Shown here one piece after another: positions 24,276 to 36,477 of a stretch of 64,000 nucleotides of DNA. Source of the stretch: Takakia lepidozioides (taxonomy: Eukaryota; Plantae; Bryophyta). The stretch spans positions 1,612,001-1,676,000 of the forward strand of contig CM060732.1 of assembly GCA_030704615.1 (NCBI GenBank). Direction: 5' to 3'. The position numbers and the translations under genes are program-made. Position 1 is the first letter of the stretch. Every line of letters starts with the position of its first letter. A model generated the notes under the pieces. The model saw nothing but the letters and a program-made list of their open reading frames with translations, had not been told where the DNA came from and searched no databases.

Positions 24276-27200
24276 TGTTATTGGAATCCACAAGGACAGG
24301 CCTTGGGATGCGGGGCACATAACGTGCAGTAATCTAACCCACCTTGTAGAATTAGAATCCGTCTGATATGGCATAAGCTATGAAAGCTATTACCATCCAA
24401 TTGCCAAGTAGAAGACTTCATACATCTTTGTTACTAATCACGTGGTGTGAGTTTCTTTTCTTCTTCACCAAGTGGAGAACCACAGGTGCAGGAATGAGAA
24501 CAATGGGTTGGCTAATATATGCACTCTTGTTCAATGCACACTGTCGATCATCATTTGTTTTTTTTATCACAGAGTCTATCTGTGTCTGCTCAAAGCATAT
24601 CTCGAGAAAAAATCAATGCTTGCTGTATCAAGCATTCTGCAGTATACTGATGCTTCCTGCATGGAGCACAACGACTTCCCGCACGGGGATTCTTAACCTT
24701 AAACCTTTTGTTATTTTCACCTTACCCCGCTGCAGCATTCCTCGTAGAAAGAGAAAAGTCAGAAGCGGTGAGGGGGTAAAAGGTGACTTGTAGAGCAGTG
24801 GTTGCTGCTCCCCTCACATGAGTGAAGGGCGTCAGGCATAGGAAAACCCAGAAGGGCCTGTGACCTTTTCAGATAGAATGTTACATTGTTCCAGAGTATG
24901 GTCATCTGAGGTGCAGAATGGATCCAATCGTTTCTTAGGTCAAGAATTTCATCACGAGCTCTGCGAAATCCATGAGAGGTCCCTGCGAGTCATAAATCAA
25001 GTTAGATTGTAGTTAGGAATGGTGCGTTTATTTCATGGGTAGGGTCCTCGGGTATCCAATCTTTTCTGTTGTTGTGGGAGCCAAGAATTGGGACTCCCAT
25101 AAGCATCTTGTTTAGGAGCTTCTAGACCCTTCCGGATTCGAGTCGAGGTCGTAGTTCGCAGTGATCAATTTATCACGGGCTGTGCACATCCATGAGAGGT
25201 CCCTGCAAGCCATGTCAAGTAGGGTAGAACCAAAGTCATTCCAAGGCTATTTTAGAGTAGAATTATCAATTTGCACCGCGCATATCTCTCTTACATCATC
25301 TAGGGGATTCGAACCCAGTCCGGTGGGGGAGAATGGCGGTTTTAGAGTATTTTTTGGCTGGGAACTCCAACTCTCTCCGGAGATGGCGAGCTGGGTGGTT
25401 TTGAAACATTTTTTTGGCTTTTGCTTTTTATTTCCTCCTCTCTCCCGGAAGACTCGAACTCTCTCCGAGGAGGAAGAGCCTGAGGGGAATTAGTCTTATC
25501 TTTACTCAAGGGAGTCGTTGACTCCAAGGGATATCAGGGATACCCTAGTAGGGGGATTTTTACGAACCAGAGATCCTGGATTCTCTTACACTCAGGACGA
25601 GTGTTCCCCATTGGTCGCCATATATGTAGATGCATATATTGGTACACTTTTCTTTTCAGATCATTTTTTATCATAAGACAAGCGGTTTCGGCATTGTACT
25701 GCCAAAACAGGTTAGTTTGTTAGTTGTCTGGAAATCGTTGGTAAAGCACGTAGGAAATTAGACAGTGTTTGCGACGACCATGGAGTGGAACTCTGGCGTT
25801 AAGATGACCGTAGGAAGCTGCATCGACAACATATTAGACTGCCAATTCGGTACCAGAAACGGCGAGTTAATCCTGTTCAAACAATACAGGACGACTGTTC
25901 AAGTCCCAGATTGCGATCTCTCTTTTTTCCCACCTTTCAAGTCCAGTAGGAACACACGGCGAGGAGCTTGGCAATTGGTGGAAGCGACATGTATAGCGAT
26001 GAAATATCGCAACAAAGCAATTGGCCGCATCGGAATGACAGCAGGTCAGGGCGACTTCAACGGCAAAGCGTGGACTTGTTAGTGGTGCGGGACAACTGGA
26101 GGGGACTCCAGACAACCTATGACTCAGTGGCAGGGTCAAAGACCCCAGAGCCATCACCAGGGATTTGATTTCCAAATATACCACAAAATATGTGTGTAGC
26201 GAAAATACGACGAATGGCGAGAAGCGCAACTTTTTACCAACGATGGAGATGAGAATTTACAGGCTGATACGGGGTATACAATTGTAGTTTGTCACCCAGT
26301 TTGGTTATTTATGGAGCTGATTAGCAGCGGGGCCAAATTATTGAGTCGACGGCACTCACAAGGCCTATTATTTGCATTTCTACTTCTTGGATAGATGAAA
26401 AATCCTGGAATTCGCCTTGAGGAGCTGGATGGATGAAATGACAACTCGTGCCAACTGGTCATCCAATTGGATGGATGAAAAGACAACTTTCATTTGCCTC
26501 TAAGACTTTTCATCCATATGGAATAGTATATTATAGATCCTTCTAGGAAATAATAGTTTAATAAATATTTTCCCTTAAACTATTAGGCACAACAACAGTA
26601 TAAAAGAGGGGGCAAGGCTTCTATTATTCTCATCTAGCTCATTTGCTTAGTTTCCTCTTGCTTGTTGTTGTAGTGCTTGCTAGCTTTTGGCTTGAGGAGG
26701 GGCTAGATCCTAGGGAGTGGAGCTTGAAGCTCCCTAGTTAGGTAGGATTCTTGTAAGCTAAGGCAAGTGGCCTAGCTTGTGGGCCTTTGAGCCATTTTCA
26801 TTTGTGAAGGAAGAGGGCAATTTCATGTGGAGGAAAGTGACTCGAGGACGAGTAGAAGGGGCTGGTATGGACTTATGGACGAGAGCCCAAGTGAAGGCCG
26901 CATAGAGTACCATTACTTGAGTTGATAGAGCATCCCAAGCACTCTCGCATAGAAAGGTTGATCCCATCTTACCATTTCACCATTTGTGTATGTGATTCAT
27001 TTATTTTCCAAGCAAAGCTTGAAGTTGAAAATCTGATTTAGACTCTTCAAAAGAAGAGAGTGCATTGTGGAGTCCCATTATTTCATGTCTAGAAGTGACA
27101 AGGGGGGAGACCCCCATAGTCTATTGGTAAGGGCACCAATAGAGGCTTGTATTTGAATTGTTGGAAGAATGAATCTTTGTATTTGATTACTAATTTGAAA

Positions 27201-27466
27201 TATAGCCAGCTCTGGCAAAGCAGGCCAGTAGGTTGGATCTATGATATAAGGCCACTATAAGGCCTCTATGTGCTAATCCCCCCCCCCCCCCACTAGCAAG
27301 CCATGGAGGCCTAGGGGAGGGTGGATTGTATTCTTTTTGTCTTGGGGTTTGGGCGGGCTAATTTCGCTTGACAGCAGCTACCCCAAAGTCGCGAGCCGCC
27401 CGAGAGAAGCCCGGGTGCTGCGCCTAGAGAGTAAGGACTCGATTACTAAAAGCGTGGAGGCAGCCG
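24276..27466 (+). mobile_element. Family A gypsy 3' region; possible PPT and LTR start at 27066
   Basis: Reverse complement of 1-2015; AAAAGAAGAGAG then TGTGGAGTCCC, resembling the LTR-B start TGTGAAGCCCC. Confidence 0.65.
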
Positions 27467-27816
27467 TGGGACCTGTCAGATGGTACATTCGACATACTGG
27501 CCAAGTCTCGAAGCGAACGAAAATCATTTGGATGGGCCATCATCCGTTGGCCCATTGGACGAATTTCGTTTCATCTCATATTACTCTGGGACCTCTTAGA
27601 TGGTACATTGAGCACACTGGCAAAGTCTGAAAGCGGACCAAAATCGTTTGGATGGGCAACCATCCGTTTGGCCATTGAATGAATTTCGATTGATCTCATA
27701 TTAGTCAAAGACCTGTGAGAGGGTGTACCGGACGTACTGGCAAAGTTTGAAAACAAACAAAAATGATTTGGATGGGCAACCATCCGTTCAACCGTTGGAT
27801 GAATTTCGTTTGATGT
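27467..27816 (-). repeat. 120-bp satellite, inverted
   Basis: Reverse complement of the unit that begins at 44076. Confidence 0.9.
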
Positions 27817-28540
27817 CCTAGTTATCATTCCTGACGTGACGTGGCGCTGACACGTCGGCCGTCACATCACGTCGAATCCGGACGTTTATCCATGTAATTT
27901 TTTTTACATTTGACTTTTACGATTTACTTCTACCCTTTGTAATGACATGGCAGCCACGTTGTAAAACAGACGTGGCCAATTATTAATATTTATTAATTCT
28001 TCTAAAAAAATGAGTCCGCCTATATTGCCGGTCGCATATAATTTATTATTTTTAATAAAAGCGACCGCCCATATTGGCGGTCGCTTGTAATTTAATATTT
28101 TGTTAAATTAAGCGACCGCCAGTATTGGCGGTCACCCGTAATTTATTTATTTTAAAATGAAGCAACCGCCCCATATTGGCGGTCGTCCGTAATTTATTTA
28201 TTTATAAATGAAGCGACCGCCCATATTGGCGGTCGCCCGTAATTTATTTATTTATAAATGAAGCGACCTCCAATATTGGCGGTCGCCCGTAATTTATTTA
28301 TTTTTAAATGAAGCGACCGCCCAAATTGGCGGTTGCCCGTAATTTATTTATTTTTAAATGAAGCGACCGCCCATATTGGCGGTCGCCCGTAATTTATTTA
28401 TTTATAAATGAAGCGACCCCCCATAGTGGCGGTCGCCCGTAATTTTTTTATTTTTAAATGAAGCGACCGCCCAAATTGACGGTCGCCCGTGATTTTTTTA
28501 TTTTTAAATGAAACGACCGCCCATATTGGCCAGTCGCACG
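27817..28540 (+). mobile_element. hAT-like L terminus with 50-bp palindrome tandem array
   Basis: CCTAGTTATCATTCC preceded by TTTGATGT (reverse complement of ACATCAAA); ATGAA every 50 bp from 28208 to 28508. Confidence 0.9.
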
Positions 28541-28976
28541 TAGCGAGGTGCGACTGGCCAGTCGCGCCGCGCTGACACGTGGCGAGGCTCCACTGGCCTG
28601 TCGCGTCTTTTCAAGCATAATGTCATTTTGGGGGGGGCGGCTGGTGGGCACCTATATAAACCATTCCCCCCTCCTTTTCTGATCACTTTTGTCCCTCTTG
28701 TGGTGCGGTTCTTTGGCATCTTGTAGTCCTTTCGGACTTCGTTGCTTGGCACTGCCAACAGGAGGTGCAAAGGTGATTATTTGGGGGGGGAGGTTTTGTT
28801 GGTTTTCTATTGGTCAGTCCCACACACTTGTTCACGGTACAATCATCATATCACCATTTTTTTTCCGCATCTCCGGCAGCCTGTTTTTTTGCAGAAAACT
28901 ACGAAGACACCATCCACACGCGTTCATTGCCATTTTTCTGAGGTTTTGGACCCTGTAGTGGGCAAATGTTTATACA

Positions 28977-30373
28977 ATGTCGGGGGTTGTGAATTCAAGT
29001 TCTGGGGCGGGATCGTCTGGGGGGCAGAGGAAGAGAAAATGTGCCCACGAGCGGGATAGCCAGGTCAACAAGCCAGACTACCCGGGACCGGATGCCTCGG
29101 ATAGGGTGAAAGAAGTGGTAACGGATTATTTCAAGGGTAGGGACATGATGAGGCTGGAAAGTGCTTATGTTAGGTATGGATAGGAAGGGTTTCAGATTTT
29201 TCAGCAAAATATGGAGAGGAAAATGACAAACGCTTTGGCGGGGGCTAAGTGGACGACGGACAGGGACAAGCCGAAGTTCAATCGGTGGATCCAAAGCAGG
29301 GCGAAAGACGCCACGTGGAATTTGGGGCAGCTAATGAAGACATGGAAGGGTAGAACAACCGAGGGTCGAGTGCCCTCCGCCGAAGCTGAGTTAATGCGGC
29401 GTGTTGAGTATTGGGCTTGTCCGGCAAGTCAGAATTCACATCGCCGGACTAGGGTTGTCCCTTGGAAGGCGGGGTCATCGGGCGGGGGAGGCACAACTGG
29501 TCTTTATTACCTGAACTCTACTGCGAAGGTGGTAGAGATTGGCCCTTACAAAGAAAGAGGGTATGCTAAGGTCCGTCACTGTAGGATTGTTGGCGATTCT
29601 AGAATATCGGAGCGTTGGGAGCTAGCGGGAAAAAAACCCAAGTCCAAAAATCCAGAAAAGGCTTTGAGACAATATAACGACGAGTGTTTGGCAGTGAAGT
29701 TCCAGCATCCGGGTGTTATCTCATATTTTGCTGTGAATGCATGTGAGGTAGATGGTTACACTCGCTGGTGGAATGGGGGGACAATACGCGACATGATGAA
29801 CCTTGACAGAAAATGGGGCAACGATTCGGACAACAGGGTGATTTTGGAACAAAGAGGAACGGAAGCAGAGTTCCAGGAATGCGATCGCGTCCTCAAGAAC
29901 GGTGTCCTGCACAACGACTTGTCCCCCGACAACATCTTGTTGCATTTTCCAGATGACACCGAGGAGATCAAGATTGGGGTGTGTGATTGGGGCTTAGCCA
30001 CCCCATTGGGCATATGCAAAGCCTCGCCGTACCAGTTTGAAAACCAAGACAAGCTGGACCGGGAACTCGCGAAAAGATGGTGGGTGGGAAAAAGATATTG
30101 CATCGGTTTTCAATGCGAATGTCACGCCCCCCCTAGGACATGACGTCGGAGGCCTTTGCCGTTGGGAAGATAGCGGTACGAATAAATGGCGGCGCTCATT
30201 ATGATCAAAGTATGTTCCAGGACCAATTTACGGGAGGTTGTTGGCATTCAATGCTACAAAGGTTGTACGACAACAACAAGAATGAGAGAGTCACATTAGC
30301 CCATGTAGTACTTCGGTTCATGGGCAAGCCATTCAATTGGCCTGAGCCGAAAGACGTATATAGGACGGAGTAG
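28977..30373 (+). pseudogene. Atypical protein kinase gene with N-terminal extension, disrupted
   Basis: Subdomains in order: RGYAKV, LAGKK, NDE, HPGVI, NGGTI, VLHNDLSPDNILL, CDWGLA, SEAFAVG, ERVT; split over three ORFs; TATATAAA at ~28653. Confidence 0.8.
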
Positions 30374-32024
30374 ACCATAGTCTCGTAGATATGAGATTTC
30401 TGGCGGTACAATGGTTCTTTTATGAAGACATAACTCAATTTTGATCGAGCATGTAATAAATAAAGTCTCATTGTATATACTACATTGCATATGCTCGACC
30501 CTGGCACCTGTCATCGCAACATAAATGGTTTGTGTACTGGCTCACTGTTTATATCTGTAATGTTCCAAGGTTTTGGATAGGGTTATGAGAAAACGATGTA
30601 TTAGTTCCGTAGGAGTTAGACAACAGACGTATCCTCTCATTCAACTGTGCGACACTACCATGAGAGGCATGGATCGGAAAGTAATAGGTGCACATGCGAC
30701 CTCCGAACGTTTGATACTAGGTTTCTACTTAAACGTGCGGAGGTCGCATGTACACCTATTACTTTTTTATCCATGCCACTCATGGTAATATCGCACACTT
30801 GAATGAGATATGGAACGTTTGTTGTCTAACTCATATGGATCCAATATATCATTTTCTCAGTACCCTGTCAGAAACATTGAAACATTCGCAGTTAAAACCA
30901 GTGCCACAATACACGGCCGATTTTGTTGAAATGACATTTGTGAGGTTCAAGCGTATGCAATTTTTTATTTACAACGGAATTTTATTTATCGAGGGACCGG
31001 TACTGCTGTTGGAGCGCAACTGATGGTGCGAGTTCTCTATTGATTGGAGCTGTCACAACCAATGTCAACAATCATATTTACGGTAAGGTGTTTCATGCTA
31101 TTGTTGTTCTTCTAGCTGAATTCTGTAATACTCTTTTTGCTATTCCCATGCCAACGTCCTCTGAGACTGTCATGTTCAAACAGACGTATCAGCCACCCCG
31201 GCCAGCTTGCAGGCTGCAACCATGGCCCACCATAAATTGAATGAATTGGAGATTTTGTGCGAAGTTCCTGGTTTCATGTCCGTGGTGGCTGATACGGAAT
31301 TCGGAATATGGCAATCGCAGTGGACCTGATGTTGTTGGCATGGGAGTAGCAAAACGATTCCTAAATAATTCTGCTACATGAACATCGGCAGTATGAAACA
31401 CCTTGCAGTACATATGATTCTTGAGATTGTTTGCACGGATTATTTGTGTTTGTGCTTTCAAGTGACGAACATTTCCGCCATGGTGCGGAAGACGTGTATT
31501 GGCCACATTAAACGGTTGATGTGGTACCATTTCACAAATGTATCACATCGCATTTGTGAAAATGTATCACATGAACCGTTCCATGTGGCCTACGGGAGTC
31601 TTTGATGGGTACGAGATCTGCTTCCACCAACAAACATGTGATCATTTCAGAAGCGCTAGAACTTTGAAGCGACGATGGGCAAGGTTCTTCATCCAGATGT
31701 TCAACATGTTGAGGTCTTATATAACCTCTTGCTTCGTAATGACGTGCTTCTCCAACTATTATTTTTCCAATGCTAATATTTTCCATCTGGAACATATCCA
31801 CACATGCGTATATAAGTTAAAAAAAGAAATGACCATCAAAACTGGAAGTTGGGGATGAGGCTTATAAAAGTTGAGATGGTCATTTGTTTTTTTAAGGATT
31901 TATGCACACATATGTGGATCTGTTCCAGGTGGAGAATATTAACATATTGGATAAAGTGGACATGGAGAAGCACCGCATTACGAGGCAGGAGACACTACAA
32001 AAAAAGCTTCAAAGGGCATACCTG

Positions 32025-32876
32025 TAACAGATCCCAGTATAATCGAAGACGAAACCCCATTCATTCAATGGGCGATTGAATGGTTGCCCAACCAAATGAT
32101 TTTCGTTTGCTTTCAATCTTTGTCTCTATATTCAACATACCATGTATCAGGTCCAAAACTAATATCAGATCAATCGAAATTCATTCGATGGCTCAACGGA
32201 TGGTTGGCCATTGAAATGATTTTGGTTCGCTTTGAGACTTGGCCACTATGTTCAATGTGCCATGTAAGAGGCCCCAGAGTAATATGAGATCAATCGAAAT
32301 TTGTTCAATGGGCCAACGGATGGTTGCCCATCCAAATGATTTTCGTTCACTTTGAAACTTGGCCAGTATGTTCAAGGTACCCTCTGATACGTCCCAGTGT
32401 AATACGAGATCAATCGAAAATCGTTCGATTGTCCAATGAGGCGTTCACTTGTCATCTGGTTTTTGTTCAATGCAAAAAAGAAATCCTACAATGCGTGCAC
32501 GGCTATTGCACCCATTGAACGGATGTGGTTGAAGCCCCTCTTTTGCCCGCATGTGCTTGAACATGTGTGCGACACATATGCGGAGACACAACAGACGAAT
32601 AAATAATTTGCCTCCCCATCAACGCGCTCCCCCCTCAAGCAATTCCACAATTTAATTGAATTTATTTTATTTTCAGCCAATAAATATGTTTGCACTGCCT
32701 TTCAGTGGGGGTTTCTGGCACGTATCGATTTTGTTTTTGGCTCAATTAAATTTGGACCAATCAAAAATGCCCTAAAAAAAAAAATGTTCTCTTTGCTCAC
32801 TATTGCAGAACTCTCTATGAAGAGTGCATGAAGTAGAACACAAATCAAGTTGGAGTGCAAGAAATTGTGGTTTTGG
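32025..32876 (+). repeat. 120-bp satellite plus spacer, diverged copy
   Basis: Same unit and spacer as 9147-11604. Confidence 0.85.
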
Positions 32877-33027
32877 GTCGCCACTAAGCTAGAAAGGGAA
32901 ATTTGACAAGAGCTTCGCCACTTCATGCAAGCTCGCCCTCTCTTTAAACATAATAATGGACATCTACCCTCACTTCCATGACGTAATTGGGTTAGATTCC
33001 TAAGGCCCTGTCTCCTGGGGCTTCACA
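32877..33027 (-). repeat. Truncated 3' LTR-B
   Basis: Matches 3985-4135; starts TGTGAAGCCCC on the minus strand. Confidence 0.85.
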
Positions 33028-35714
33028 CCTGTGCTCTTCACATATGTACATAGAGATGCACACATATCCTCTTTGAAAGAGGGTTAGTTTTTATAGATTT
33101 TTAGCAAACAATGCTTATAAGGTCCTTTCCTTGGACAGCGCTTGAACAGCAAATGAAATGAATGAATTCAAAGGTCAAGAATGTATAGTAAGTCACCCTC
33201 TGAAACAAGTGGTGCTTGGGATGCACTAAATCGCTCGGTAGAATGGTACTCAAGCTTGGTCCTCCTCCGGCACTCCTACTCGTCCTCAAGTCTCCCACTT
33301 CATGGAGCGCTTCCTCTACTTCTTGCCTCAAATGGCCACAAGGCCTTGAGCTAGGACTATCCTGCTCTCAATATGCTTGCTTCTAATACTAGAGAGCCAC
33401 AAGCTCAACTCTCTAGGAACTAGCTCCCTCAAGCTCAAAACTAACTACACAAGCAAGAGGTCAAAACAAGGAAATGAGACTAGATTGAAGAACAAGAGGA
33501 CCTGCTCTTCTTTTATTATGTTTTTGGAGCCTCTTAAACTAGTGAAGGATAGTCTTAAACTATGATTTCCTACATGCATCTATAATTTAAAAACGATAGA
33601 ACACCATAAAATAATAACCACGGATGGAAAACCTTGGTGTTAATAATAAATCTGGTTTTTCATCTATCCAATGGATGACCAGTTGGCACTAGGTTGTCTT
33701 TTCATCCCTCCAGCTTGCAGGTCGAATTTCCAGATTGCATCCATTGGATGAACTAGAATTCCATTTAATCGCCTTTCGCAACTGCCTCCGGTGTGATAAT
33801 TCGATGTTGTCTCTTATCACCTCCAAAAATCCTCAAACTTGGTGACAAATTATAATTAGATGCCTTGTAGCTGCCCACAAAATCTCAAGGGAATCAGGGA
33901 AGAAAAGCCACACCTTTGGTTGGTTTCCATGGTTTCACCATAAAGGCAGTCTGTCGCGTCCTGGCAGTAAAAATACTGGTGGTGCCCCCAGGGGGTCTTT
34001 GGCCCTGCCACTGGGTCACAAATCATCTGGAGTTTCCTCCTACACACTTTGCATCGCTGAGGAGTTCAAAACTTCGTCCGGAAGCTCATTCACCCATTGT
34101 TTGCTCCGATGGAGCACTTGTTTTGTCGCGATATTTCATCGCTGTACAGATTGTTTCCTCCAATTGCCAAGACTCCTCGCCACGTGCTCCTACTGGACTT
34201 GAAAGGCGGGAGAATAGAGAGATCGCAATCCGGGACTGGAACAGTCACCATGTATTGTTTTGAACAAGTGCATGTTGTCGTTACTGGTACCAAATTGGCA
34301 GCCTAACTCGCTGTCGATGCAGCTCCCTACGGTCATTTTGACGCCAGAGCTCCTCCATGGTCGTCTCAAACATAATCTAAATCCCTACGTGCTTTACCAG
34401 CGATTCCCAGATAACTCACAAACTGCCCTGCTTTGGCAGTACAATGCCTAAACTGTCTGCCTTAAGATCAAAAACGATCTGAAAAGAAATATGTACCAAT
34501 ATATGCATCTACATATATGACCACCAATGGGGAACACTTGCCCCGAGTGTAAAAGAACTCAAAAACTCTGGTTCGCACAATCCCCCTACTAGGGTATCAC
34601 TGATATCCCTTGGAGTCAACGACTCTCTTAAGTGACATGAAAAAGATGAAGAGTAATTTCCCTTTGGCTCTCCCTCTTCGGAGAGAGTTCACCGGGAGAG
34701 AGGAGGGAAAAATAAAATAAAATGCCAAAAAATACTTCAAAACCACCCGACTCGCCCTCTTCGGAGAGAGTTGGAGTTCCCACATAAAAAAATACTTCAA
34801 AACCGCCATTCTCCCCCACCGGACTGGGTTCGAATCCCCTAGATGATGCAAGAAAGATATGCGCGGTGCAATTTGATAATCCTATTCTAACACAGCCTTG
34901 GAAAGACTTTGGTTCTAAATGTTAGGGCCTCGACTCGAGCTTGGACGGGCCTAAATGCCCCTAAACAGGAAGCATCTGGGAGGGCTAAAGAGCAGCTCCC
35001 GCGTCGATGCAGCAAGCACTTACTTTTTCTCGAGATATGCTTTGAGCAAACACAGATATATTCTGTGATAGAAGACAAATAATGATCGACAGTGTGCATT
35101 GAACAAGAGTGCATATATTAGCCATCCCATTGTTCCCATTCCTGCACCTGTGGTTCTTCACTTGGTGAAGAAAAATAGAGAAACTCACAACACGTGATTG
35201 GTAACGAAGATGTATGGAGTCTTCTACATTGGCAATTGGATGGTCATAGCTTTCATAGCTTATGCCATATCAACAAATTTCTAATTCTACAACGTGGGTT
35301 AGATTACTGCACTCTATGTGCCCCACATCCCAAGGTCTTTCCTTGTGAATTCCAATAACTACCCAAAACATAAGTGGAGAACAAATCACCTCTTTACTGC
35401 AACGACGTTGCCCCGCATCCCAAGGTCTACCTTTGGAACCCCAATAAAAGATGTACAACAACCTAACGGGTAAGAGTCCTATTGACCTCTTCCCAGTGGA
35501 GAAGTTTCATTGGATGATTGCAACTTAGTTGCCCCGCACTCCACCTGTTATGGAGCTCCAATATCCAATGAATCATGGATAGGAAATACCAACATTTCCT
35601 TCCGAAAAACCGGGTAGAAATCCTAAAGATCTCTCTCGACAGGGCAAAGGCCACTAAGATCTCCCTTAGCACCTTTCCCTTAATGGGGGGAAATATTTCA
35701 TTGGTTAAAGGAAC

Positions 35715-36323
35715 TCACATGTAGTAGTGCTTGCACCGGACACCGTTCACCAGATTGGGGAACTCCACTCCCCTCAGTGTCTCCAATTGTAATGAGCCGT
35801 TGTCAAAGACTGTCTTGACAAGATAGGGCCCCATCCAGTATGAGTCGAACTTGGCCTTGAATTCCTCGTTCCGACTGTCGAACAATAATACCAAATCTCC
35901 TGGATCAAAAATCCTCTTTTTGCGCTTCAGGTCAAACCGAGCCTTCCTCCTTCGCTGGACGGCCTCAATGTTTTGAGCTGCTGCCTGCCGAAGCTCGTCT
36001 AACCCCTCCAGCATCTCGAGTCGTTCTTTCAGGGACCCGGATGTTGCCAATCTCTCGGTGATGACAAGTCGCAATAAGGGAATCTCTGTTTCAATGGGCA
36101 TAATGGACTCCACCCCGTAAACCAATGAAAAGGGGGTGTGTCGAGTGGTTACCTTATGTGTAGTGCGAAACGCCCACAAAACTGAGATCAACTTGGTGTC
36201 CCAGTCCCGCTTGTGCTCCCTAATTGTTTTGGAGAGGATGTTGCACAAGGTTTGATTGGCGCGCTCTACTTGACCACTTGTCTGAGGGTGATAAGGGGTA
36301 GCCTTGCGATGCTTGATGGAGAA
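35715..36323 (-). pseudogene. pol: Integrase C-terminal half (catalytic E, GPY/F region)
   Basis: HPQTSGQVERAN, TPFSLVYG, WMGPYLV. Confidence 0.92.
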
Positions 36324-36477
36324 CCTAGTTATCATTCCTGACGTGACGTGGCCCGGACACGTCAGACGTCACCTCGGCCGTCACGTCACGTCGAATCCGG
36401 ACGTTTACCCAAGTAATTTTTTTTATATTTGACTTTTACGATTTACTTCTACCCTTTGTAATGACATGGCAACCACG

